Below are positions 56,016-63,310 of a stretch of DNA of 64,000 bases, piece after piece; position 1 is the first letter of the stretch; every line of letters starts with the position of its first letter. The position numbers and the translations under genes were made by a program. The stretch spans positions 1 through 64,000 of the IMG/VR virus record IMGVR_UViG_3300046694_000315. The stretch is one strand, 5' to 3'. The notes below the pieces were generated by a model. That model was not told where the DNA came from and did not search any database. It saw only the letters and a list, made by a program, of their open reading frames with translations. The DNA is from a virus.

Positions 56016-56165
56016 GTCGTGCTCCTCCTGTTGGGGGCGGTTGGTGTTTCGACATGGGAAACAATACTCAGGAAGCGATACTCGTCAAGCCGTATCCGGG
56101 AAGCAGTAAGCCGTGAGCTGCGTCACACGCGGCCCACGGCTTAACCTGGTTGACTTGCTCTGGAA

Positions 56166-56564
56166 TTACTTGCTAGATGTTGGCGTTTCCGTGACCGTTT
56201 CCTTCGGGCACGGAATCTTGACCTGCACGGAATGCGTGTGCGCCAGCCCGTATACGGGGGCGTACGGCGTGGCCGAGGACGTAGGTGCGGGCACTGCGGG
56301 CGAAGGCCCGACCACGAGCGATACCTTGCACGTGCCCGGGGATTCCGGCTTCGTTGCTTCCGGTGTCGGCTCGGGCAGATACCTGGTCACCGTTGACACG
56401 GGCTGCGGCGAGGAATCCCCTTCGTATTCCGGAGAATCCGACTGGGAATTCTCGGTATGAAGCCCGGGGAAATCCGACTGGGCAACCGCTGAGATCCCGA
56501 ATGCCGGTACGGCGAGAATTCCGATTGCCGCAAGGGCGACTTTGATGCGCTGGATTCCGTTCAT
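56166..56564 (-). CDS. Hypothetical secreted protein
   Basis: Signal-like N-terminus, Pro/Thr-rich. Confidence 0.5.
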   Translation of the reverse strand: MNGIQRIKVALAAIGILAVPAFGISAVAQSDFPGLHTENSQSDSPEYEGDSSPQPVSTVTRYLPEPTPEATKPESPGTCKVSLVVGPSPAVPAPTSSATPYAPVYGLAHTHSVQVKIPCPKETVTETPTSSK

Positions 56565-56722
56565 ACCAGCACCGTACCGAAGCCCTCGCAGTGGACACAG
56601 TCGGCGCCGTCGCGGTCTTCACCGGACCCGTAGCACCTCTTGCAGTCGATCTCCTCTGCCGCGCCCTCGCCGGTTTCGGCGGGAGACACTGCATGCACGT
56701 GTGCGCTCATGAGAAGTACTAA

Positions 56723-58261
56723 CTAACCTTCCTGGTTGATGTAAGTTGGTACGTCGACGATTTCGGCGTCGATGAAACCGGTAGAGGCTTCGATCATCCG
56801 GTCCGCCGAGAGAGGCCTGTCGAGCGCTGTCATCTGTTCCCCGGCGTCCCGGCCGAAGATACGGCTGATCATACCGGCCCCGCCGCCATTCCCCTTAGCC
56901 TCCAGTTTCACGGAGAAGGAGTCCTGCTCCAGTTCCGTCTTCACCTTCACGAGTTTCTGGAGCCGGTCGATCTCGCCGGAGAGGTTCGGATCCGCGTAGC
57001 CACCGGTCATATCCTCGACCATCTTCATGAAGAGGACCCGCTGCGCCTGCATCTCGATGAGCGAGTTCTGGAGCGACTGCATCTGCTGCTTGCTCTTCAC
57101 TTCGACCGGGATGTCGTACGCGCAGTTGGCATTCTGGTCGAAGGCCGGGCACTTCGAGGACAGGAAGCAGGACGAGCAGGCGCGCATGGACTGGCTGCGC
57201 ACGGTCAGGAGGGGGATGTCCCGCTCCTTGTTCACGCCGTCCTCGGGGTCGGTGTAGACCTCCTTCTCCTGCACCAGGCCGATGACCGGCAAGTTGGTAC
57301 GCGGGCGGTCTCTGCGGACGGCCGGAGTTGTCACCGGGTTGAGCGTTTTTCCGTCCTCCGTACCAACTTCGGTGCCCTGCATTTGAGAGAAACTCGAAAG
57401 TACCCCTCCGGCAGAAGTAGTAACTGCTTGGGCTTCCTGCGGCCGGTGCTGGTCGATCGAGGCCGCCAACTGCTGCCACGACCAGATGGTGAACCGCAGG
57501 ACCTCGTCGTTCTCTCCGGCCTCGATACGGTCGGCGTCGAAGCCCGCTTCGGTGAACAGAGTGCGGTGCCTTTTCCGCGCCTGGTCCTTGTACTTCTTCG
57601 GGTAGCGCTTCAATTCCCGGCCGGTCCACACAATGGTGTCACCGTACTGGGAAGGGGAAAGCCAGGACGTCGAGGCGACGCTGTCCCAGTTCACGGCAGC
57701 CATTTCCGCAGGCTTAGTCATGGCCACTCCGTGGAGTAGCGTGCCGTATTTCCGGGTGATCTCGTTGAGAACCGGGGTGAGATTCCGGCCGTCGAGATCC
57801 GTCTGCGTCACACCGACCCGCTTATACCTCTGGGCGAGTTTATCGAGTTCGTCGACTCCCCATTCCGAATGCCATATCGGAAGGAACTTGTCTTCCGGCA
57901 GGTCCTCGTAGAAGTCCTCTCGCCGGGCCTCGATCCATTCCCGTCCGAGAACGACAGCGTCGAACTCGGACACCATATGAAGGGAATCGATATTCTGCTG
58001 GACGAACGCTTCGTAATGCGCGGCGATGTCCTTCAGTTCGCCGATCGAGTACTTGTCGTCGTCGGCCTTGTTGACCGTGTAGGCGCCGGAGTCCAGGAAC
58101 ACCTTCTGGTTTTCGAGGTAGTTGTCCTCGATCAGCCAGGGGCGGGTGAACTTGGTCCGGCGCCGCAGGCCCATGTACGAGAGGGAGACGGTTTCGACGC
58201 CTTCCTCGGCCAGCATCTTGCGCCAGCCGGGAATCTCGGATCCGCCGAGGAAGAGGTGCAC
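56723..58261 (-). CDS. TGT/DpdA-like TIM-barrel domain fused to a Cys4 + helical C-terminal domain
   Basis: FLDSGAY, EFD, P.WH, HG.A.T and DSVASTSW, then CSSC.L...CP.F.....C.Y. Confidence 0.65.
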   Translation of the reverse strand: MHLFLGGSEIPGWRKMLAEEGVETVSLSYMGLRRRTKFTRPWLIEDNYLENQKVFLDSGAYTVNKADDDKYSIGELKDIAAHYEAFVQQNIDSLHMVSEFDAVVLGREWIEARREDFYEDLPEDKFLPIWHSEWGVDELDKLAQRYKRVGVTQTDLDGRNLTPVLNEITRKYGTLLHGVAMTKPAEMAAVNWDSVASTSWLSPSQYGDTIVWTGRELKRYPKKYKDQARKRHRTLFTEAGFDADRIEAGENDEVLRFTIWSWQQLAASIDQHRPQEAQAVTTSAGGVLSSFSQMQGTEVGTEDGKTLNPVTTPAVRRDRPRTNLPVIGLVQEKEVYTDPEDGVNKERDIPLLTVRSQSMRACSSCFLSSKCPAFDQNANCAYDIPVEVKSKQQMQSLQNSLIEMQAQRVLFMKMVEDMTGGYADPNLSGEIDRLQKLVKVKTELEQDSFSVKLEAKGNGGGAGMISRIFGRDAGEQMTALDRPLSADRMIEASTGFIDAEIVDVPTYINQEG

Positions 58262-58287
58262 GGTTTGGTTCTCCGAATCTGCTTGGG

Positions 58288-58971
58288 TTACTTCGGGGGC
58301 TGGACGGCGCTCTTGGGGAAGAGGCCGGGCTGGGTGACGCGGGGCTTCTTGGCGGCCGGAGCGCCTGCGGCGGGCTTCTGCCGGGGGCCCGGCGACGCGG
58401 CCATCCCGAACTGCTGCGGGGAGCGGACCTGGCTCGGGCCGAACAGTCCGGCCTGGACCACGCGCTGCGGCTTGGCGGCCGGTGGCGGCGTCTGCGGGGC
58501 CGACTGGACGGGGGTGCCAGAGGTGCTGGCGTGGGTGCCGAACGCGGAGTGGAAGTCGTCCCAGGCCCCGCCGGAGGGCTTGCTCTGCGCCTGGATGCCG
58601 TTCATCCGGGCGTTGAAGGTATGAAGGAGGTCGGAGGCCGCGCCGGAGTGCTGGGCATGCCAGGCGTCGAGGCTGGAGGAGTGGTCCTCGCGCACCCGCT
58701 GGATGTCGGCCTGGTTCTTGATGCCGTTGGCGATTCCCTCGCGGCTCATCACGCGAGCGTGCATGCTGCTGTCCTGGGCCGGGGCGCTCTGCTGGCCCTG
58801 TCCCTTGACGCGGATCTTGATGCGGGAGTTGGCGGGCTGCTGGCCGTTCTTGGCGTTCTCCAGGTCGCTGACGCGCTGCTCGACGCTGCGGCGCGAGCCG
58901 GGGAACTGGAGGGGCTGGAGGTAGCGGTCGCGGATCTGGGTCGCGATGGAATGGAAGACGGAGCCACTCAT
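58288..58971 (-). CDS. Low-complexity hypothetical protein
   Basis: Gln/Pro/Ala-rich, with GC3 bias. Confidence 0.55.
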   Translation of the reverse strand: MSGSVFHSIATQIRDRYLQPLQFPGSRRSVEQRVSDLENAKNGQQPANSRIKIRVKGQGQQSAPAQDSSMHARVMSREGIANGIKNQADIQRVREDHSSSLDAWHAQHSGAASDLLHTFNARMNGIQAQSKPSGGAWDDFHSAFGTHASTSGTPVQSAPQTPPPAAKPQRVVQAGLFGPSQVRSPQQFGMAASPGPRQKPAAGAPAAKKPRVTQPGLFPKSAVQPPK

Positions 58972-59267
58972 GGCCGTATGTCCCTTCTCAGGAAGTAGAG
59001 GTAGCGGTGTCCGGCCACGAAGGAGGCCAGGAAGCCGACGCTGATCAGCGACCGCGCGGACGTGCTCGACGCCAGGAACACGGCGGTGAAGACGGTCACG
59101 TTGGTGCTGTAGACGAAGAGGGTGGCGGCGAGCCATCGCTCTGCGGCGCCGAGCTGGCGCCAGGCGGGGATCGTCGCGCGCAGAAGCAGGGCCGCGAACG
59201 CTGCTCCGGTGAGGACGGAGAGGATGCGGGCGATGCCGATGAACAGGACATAGCCGTTGCTGGTCAC
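58968..59267 (-). CDS. Three-TM membrane protein
   Basis: Three hydrophobic helices; GTGA and ATGA overlaps. Confidence 0.55.
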   Translation of the reverse strand: MTSNGYVLFIGIARILSVLTGAAFAALLLRATIPAWRQLGAAERWLAATLFVYSTNVTVFTAVFLASSTSARSLISVGFLASFVAGHRYLYFLRRDIRP

Positions 59268-59758
59268 AGGATCTCCATGTGTGGGCGCTGATCTTCTTCG
59301 CGTAGTGCTCGCTGCCTCTCCACTTCGTCCACCAGGGCCGACCAGGGGGTGACGCTCTCCTGGTAGTCGGGGCGGAAGCGTGGGGAGGAGTAGTTGGGGT
59401 GTAGGTAGTTGAGGACCCCGACCCCGTGGGCCATGACGTGGGCGGCGATCTCCGGGTCGGGCTCGATCAGCAGCTCGACGTGGCATCCGGCCTGCCGTAG
59501 CCGGGAGATCTGGCGCATCCTTCGTTCGGCCGGGTCCTCGGGATCCCGCAGGTGCGCGGGGATGAGGTAGGGGTGCTTGTTGAAGCCGTTGACGCGCAGC
59601 CAGTGCTTGACCGGCTCGACGTCGGTGTTGTCGGTGATGAGGGCGACCCGGTAGGTCTCCATCAGGCCCCAGTACAGGCGCTGGCCCTGGTGGATGACGG
59701 CTTCGCCGACCTCCTTGGACAGCACGCCCTCAACGACGATGGCGACGGTTGCAGTCAT
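59264..59758 (-). CDS. Degenerate HAD-fold protein
   Basis: VAIVVEGVL (DxDGVL-like), ALIT, and LLIEPDP......GV. Confidence 0.5.
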   Translation of the reverse strand: MTATVAIVVEGVLSKEVGEAVIHQGQRLYWGLMETYRVALITDNTDVEPVKHWLRVNGFNKHPYLIPAHLRDPEDPAERRMRQISRLRQAGCHVELLIEPDPEIAAHVMAHGVGVLNYLHPNYSSPRFRPDYQESVTPWSALVDEVERQRALREEDQRPHMEIL

Positions 59759-59764
59759 CGTCGA

Positions 59765-60628
59765 TCACCCGTGCCGGTGTTCGATCAGGCCCTCACGGTG
59801 GGCCTTCTCATGGGCGCGGACGGCCTTGCGCTGGTCGTGCTCCAGGAAGCGGGGACTCATCCCGTGGGCCTGGATCAGGTGCTCGTGCACGGCGTCGAGG
59901 TTGGTGTGGGTCTTGATCTTGGGTTCGACGGGGGCGGTCTTCTCGAACTGGTCGAGGTTGAGGACGTGGGCCCCGACATGGGTGTCTCCCCGGCCGCGCG
60001 CTTCGGCGAGCCGGTGGTGCGCGTCGGCGACGTACGGTGTGCCGCCCTGGATGACCACCTTCACGTGCGGGTGGTCGGGGGCCAGCGGGCCGGTGATGTA
60101 GGAGTGTGAGCCGGTCTCGTACGAGGTCTGGCCGGTGTGCAGGACGGCGCTGGTGCTGATGCTCTGGAACTTGGCGTGCTTGTTCCAGAAGGCCTCGTTG
60201 CCGTGGCTCATCTGCGGGCCGTGCTTCTCGTACCACTTGTCGTCGATCTTGGTGTCGACGACGTTGCCGTGCCCGTCGAGGTGCCCGAACTGCTGCGGGG
60301 AGTGCGGCGGGCCCATGACCATCTGCCCCTCGGACTGGGGGTAGTTGGTGCGCTCCTCGTCATGGATGAGCGTCTCGTCACGGGCGGCGCCGAGCGAGGT
60401 GACCTTGGTGAACATCCCGCCGCTGTGAGGCGTGGGATGCCCGATATGAAGTGCGCCGGGCTTGGCCTGGAGATGCAGCGGCGTGTCCTTGGTCAGGTGG
60501 TAGGCCGCGCGGAGCGCGGTCTGCTTCTGGCCTTGGGCGGAGACCCTGCTGCCCAGGGGGACCGGGAGGGCGGTCTGCTCGAACTGTGGACCGGCGGTGT
60601 CCGGCTTACTGCGGGAAGGTGCCATCAC
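59765..60628 (-). CDS. Protein with a ParB/Srx-like motif
   Basis: YVADAHHRL.EA..RG...V (DGHHR-like). Confidence 0.55.
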   Translation of the reverse strand: MMAPSRSKPDTAGPQFEQTALPVPLGSRVSAQGQKQTALRAAYHLTKDTPLHLQAKPGALHIGHPTPHSGGMFTKVTSLGAARDETLIHDEERTNYPQSEGQMVMGPPHSPQQFGHLDGHGNVVDTKIDDKWYEKHGPQMSHGNEAFWNKHAKFQSISTSAVLHTGQTSYETGSHSYITGPLAPDHPHVKVVIQGGTPYVADAHHRLAEARGRGDTHVGAHVLNLDQFEKTAPVEPKIKTHTNLDAVHEHLIQAHGMSPRFLEHDQRKAVRAHEKAHREGLIEHRHG

Positions 60629-61617
60629 GCTCTCCTGTAGGGGGTGTTCCAGAGGGCCGCCTTGGCCAGGGCCACGGCAGCGTCATCGAGGGGAGCCCCG
60701 TACAGATCCGTTTCTTGTGCTTTGCGGGCCTCGGTCTCCGCCGTGGCGAGGGCGCTCAGGGCCTGGACGGTCCCGGCTTCCTTGTGTGCCTGCCAGCGGA
60801 AGTTGTAGTAGTCGCCGTAGCCCTCGCCGGTCCCGGAGAAGGCCATGCGGCGGCTGAGGTGGATGTCGTCGAAGAGGGCCTTGGCCTGCTCGGTGACGAT
60901 GCGCTGGGAGTCCATGGCGTTCTTCCAGGCCGGGCTGTTCTCCACGGACTGGGCGGCCTGGGAGCGCAGCAGGCCGTAGCGCTTGACGAGCAGCTCGGCC
61001 TGCTTCTGCTCGGCTTCGACGGCGGTCTTCCACTCGGCCGGGTAGAGGCTGCGCGGGTCGTCCGGCAGCTCGGGCGGGGTGATGTCCCAGCGGTCGGCGG
61101 TGAGGTTGTAGGCCGCGTAGGGGTGAATTGCGGCGATGCTGTGCGAGGTCGTACCCGGGTTCAGGTAGTAGGTGACCTCGTACGTCTGGCCGTGGAAGTT
61201 CGTGTTCGCGGTGGACGGCCACAGGTTCCGCTTGAGGTCTGTGTTCAGGAGGTCCGCGAATTCCGTTTCGCTGATTCCCTGGAAGGTGGGATTGGCCTCG
61301 TAGAACTTCGGGAAGTCGACGCCGAAGAGGACGTCGAGGTCGCCGTTTCCTCGGTCTCCGGCCCACTGGTAGGAGATGCCGGAGCCTGCGAGCCAGGCCG
61401 CTGACCAGGTGCGGGCGCCCTTGTAGCGGGCGTCGAGGAAGTTGTTCAGGATGCCGAGGATGTGGTCGCGAACGTCGGGCTTGATGTGCTTGCCGTCGAA
61501 GATGTGCGGGTCCAGTCCGCGCTGCGGCGTGCTGAAATAGCCGGATGCCCCCGCGTGAATGTCGGGCTGTGCTCCCTGGCTTACTGCTCGATTGAGGTAG
61601 AACTCGTATCCGGCCAT
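60625..61617 (-). CDS. Pol-beta superfamily nucleotidyltransferase
   Basis: LAGSG.SY.W......DLDV (GS + DxD) and a later EVTYY; TAGAAT 7 nt before the ATG. Confidence 0.7.
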   Translation of the reverse strand: MAGYEFYLNRAVSQGAQPDIHAGASGYFSTPQRGLDPHIFDGKHIKPDVRDHILGILNNFLDARYKGARTWSAAWLAGSGISYQWAGDRGNGDLDVLFGVDFPKFYEANPTFQGISETEFADLLNTDLKRNLWPSTANTNFHGQTYEVTYYLNPGTTSHSIAAIHPYAAYNLTADRWDITPPELPDDPRSLYPAEWKTAVEAEQKQAELLVKRYGLLRSQAAQSVENSPAWKNAMDSQRIVTEQAKALFDDIHLSRRMAFSGTGEGYGDYYNFRWQAHKEAGTVQALSALATAETEARKAQETDLYGAPLDDAAVALAKAALWNTPYRRA

Positions 61618-61642
61618 GGTTTCGATTCTAGCTGGAATAGGG

Positions 61643-61677
61643 AAAGCCCCCGATTCTGCAATTGAATCGGGGGCTTT
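61643..61677 (-). terminator. Terminator hairpin
   Basis: AAAGCCCCCGATTC...GAATCGGGGGCTTT. Confidence 0.75.
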
Positions 61678-61694
61678 AGTAGTTGCTATTTCTC

Positions 61695-62084
61695 TCAGAG
61701 TTTGAGAGAAGCGCGGAGTTGGGCCTCCTGGGCCTGCCGCTGCATCGCCTGTCCGACCATCATCATCTGCTGCTGGGTGCGCTGGGCCGTCTCCATGACG
61801 GTGAGGTCCTTCTGGACCACGGCGACGGCGCCGTAGATGTCGTCGGGGGTGGCTCCTCGCCGGGGGACGAACTTCTGGGTCAGGTCGCTGGTGGCGACGA
61901 CTGCGCCGTCCAGGCCGACCGCGACGAGGAACGCCGTGGTGACCGGGGTGCCGATCTCGTCTTCGGCGGGCGGGTGCTCGTCCGCCATCTTGGCCAGGGC
62001 CTCACGCTGCTCGGGCGTGAGGTCGTCAGTATGAAGCGCGCTGCTGTCGCTGCTGGGGGTCTGGCCGAGGATCGGGATGCTCAT
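61695..62084 (-). CDS. Hypothetical protein
   Basis: GGAG RBS and codon bias. Confidence 0.6.
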   Translation of the reverse strand: MSIPILGQTPSSDSSALHTDDLTPEQREALAKMADEHPPAEDEIGTPVTTAFLVAVGLDGAVVATSDLTQKFVPRRGATPDDIYGAVAVVQKDLTVMETAQRTQQQMMMVGQAMQRQAQEAQLRASLKL

Positions 62085-62112
62085 GTGTGCTCCAGGTATG
62101 TGTCGGGTGGGG

Positions 62113-62598
62113 TTACTTGTAGAGTCCGGCCTTCTCGCGGGCGCTCTGCACGACGAGGGAGTGGACCGGGCAGAACTCGCAGAGGTAGCGGTCCTGGGCG
62201 GACTTGTACTTCGGCAGGCCTGCCGCCTTGCGCTCGGCTGCGGTGTCCGGCGTGAGGCGCTTGGAGCCGGTCTTGTAGTCGCCGCAGCCGGGGTTGCGGG
62301 CGTGGGCCTTCCAGCAGGCGTGGGCGTCTTCCTGGAAGGTGTTCTTCGCCTCGTAGAAGGTGGTGTCGAAGCCGGTGTGGCCGGTCTTGTCCCTGATCTG
62401 GGCGATGATCGCGTCGCGGGTGCTGGGGCTGTCCCAGTGCTTCTTCTCCACGCGAAGCATCGGGTGCGCGACGTGGTTGGGGTGCTTCTGCACGAGTGCT
62501 TCCAGGAGGAAGTCGGCGCGGGGGTCGCCCTCGTAGTCGGGCAGTTCCTCCATCGTGCCGCAGGTCTTGCAGAGAAGAAGCCGTATGTGCTCGGCCAT
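62113..62598 (-). CDS. Hypothetical Zn-binding protein
   Basis: CKTC, C...H....C.DY and YLC.FCPV. Confidence 0.65.
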   Translation of the reverse strand: MAEHIRLLLCKTCGTMEELPDYEGDPRADFLLEALVQKHPNHVAHPMLRVEKKHWDSPSTRDAIIAQIRDKTGHTGFDTTFYEAKNTFQEDAHACWKAHARNPGCGDYKTGSKRLTPDTAAERKAAGLPKYKSAQDRYLCEFCPVHSLVVQSAREKAGLYK

Positions 62599-62612
62599 GG
62601 TGTCCCTTCGAA

Positions 62613-63230
62613 TCAGTACCAGTTAGTGGCCTGGGAGTGTGCCCAGGCGGTGCAGGGTGTCCCGTATACCGCCTCGATGTATCCGAGTCCCCATCGTATC
62701 TGGGTTATTGCATTGGTTTGCCAATCCGAACCGGCGGAAGCCATCTTCGAGGCCGGTAGTGCCTGGGGTATTCCGTAGGCGCCGGAGGAGGGGTTGGTGG
62801 CGGTGACGCGCCAGTTGGACTCCTTCTCCCACAGCAGGTCCAGGCAGGCGAACTGGGTGGCTCCGACCTTGGCGAGGGCGTAGGCCTTCGGGGAGGTCGT
62901 GGCGACGACGGTGTGCGTCGGCGTTGGGGACGCGCGGGGCGTCTTCGTCGGTTTTGGCTGGTGGGAGTGGGTGGCGCTGGCGGTCGGCTTGGGGGTCTTG
63001 GTGACCTTGGGGGTGGGCGCCGGAGCCGCCGAGGTATGAAGCGAGGGACGCGTCAGGGACCGGTTGGCGGTGTCCGGAGCTGCTCGGGTGACGGTCGGCG
63101 CTGCGGCGATGCCGCTGTAGTCGACGGGCTGGCCCTGGCCGGTGATGGAGATGGCCGATACGACGGAAGCCGTAACGAGGATGGCGGACGCTGCTGCTGC
63201 TGCGACGCGGTAGCGCATGCGGTGCCTCAC
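62613..63230 (-). CDS. Secreted lytic transglycosylase (SLT-like)
   Basis: Signal peptide and Pro/Thr linker, then W.KES.W...A.N.SSGAYGIPQALP..KM...NA.TQI.WGL.YI...YG.PC.AW......NWY. Confidence 0.88.
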   Translation of the reverse strand: MRHRMRYRVAAAAASAILVTASVVSAISITGQGQPVDYSGIAAAPTVTRAAPDTANRSLTRPSLHTSAAPAPTPKVTKTPKPTASATHSHQPKPTKTPRASPTPTHTVVATTSPKAYALAKVGATQFACLDLLWEKESNWRVTATNPSSGAYGIPQALPASKMASAGSDWQTNAITQIRWGLGYIEAVYGTPCTAWAHSQATNWY

Positions 63231-63310
63231 TTTCGGGGACGTTCTTGCTCTTAGAACGTAACATCCCCACTACGGCATTGGAAGCCGTAATGGGGATGAC
63301 GTTGTTCAGA

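Larger units (their letters stand above)
44056..56046 (-). repeat. Start-associated leader ACCAACCGCCCCACACCAGGAGG
   Basis: Identical at 44428-44450 and 45462-45484; variants at 44056, 45810, 48696, 50740, 53463, 53855, 55064 and 56024. Confidence 0.85.

Noticed and set aside
43637-56088. Leader repeats as a possible CRISPR array or integron attC sites
   Set aside because: Spacing is gene-length and irregular, the repeat is non-palindromic and ends in a Shine-Dalgarno, and there is no cas or integron integrase signature.
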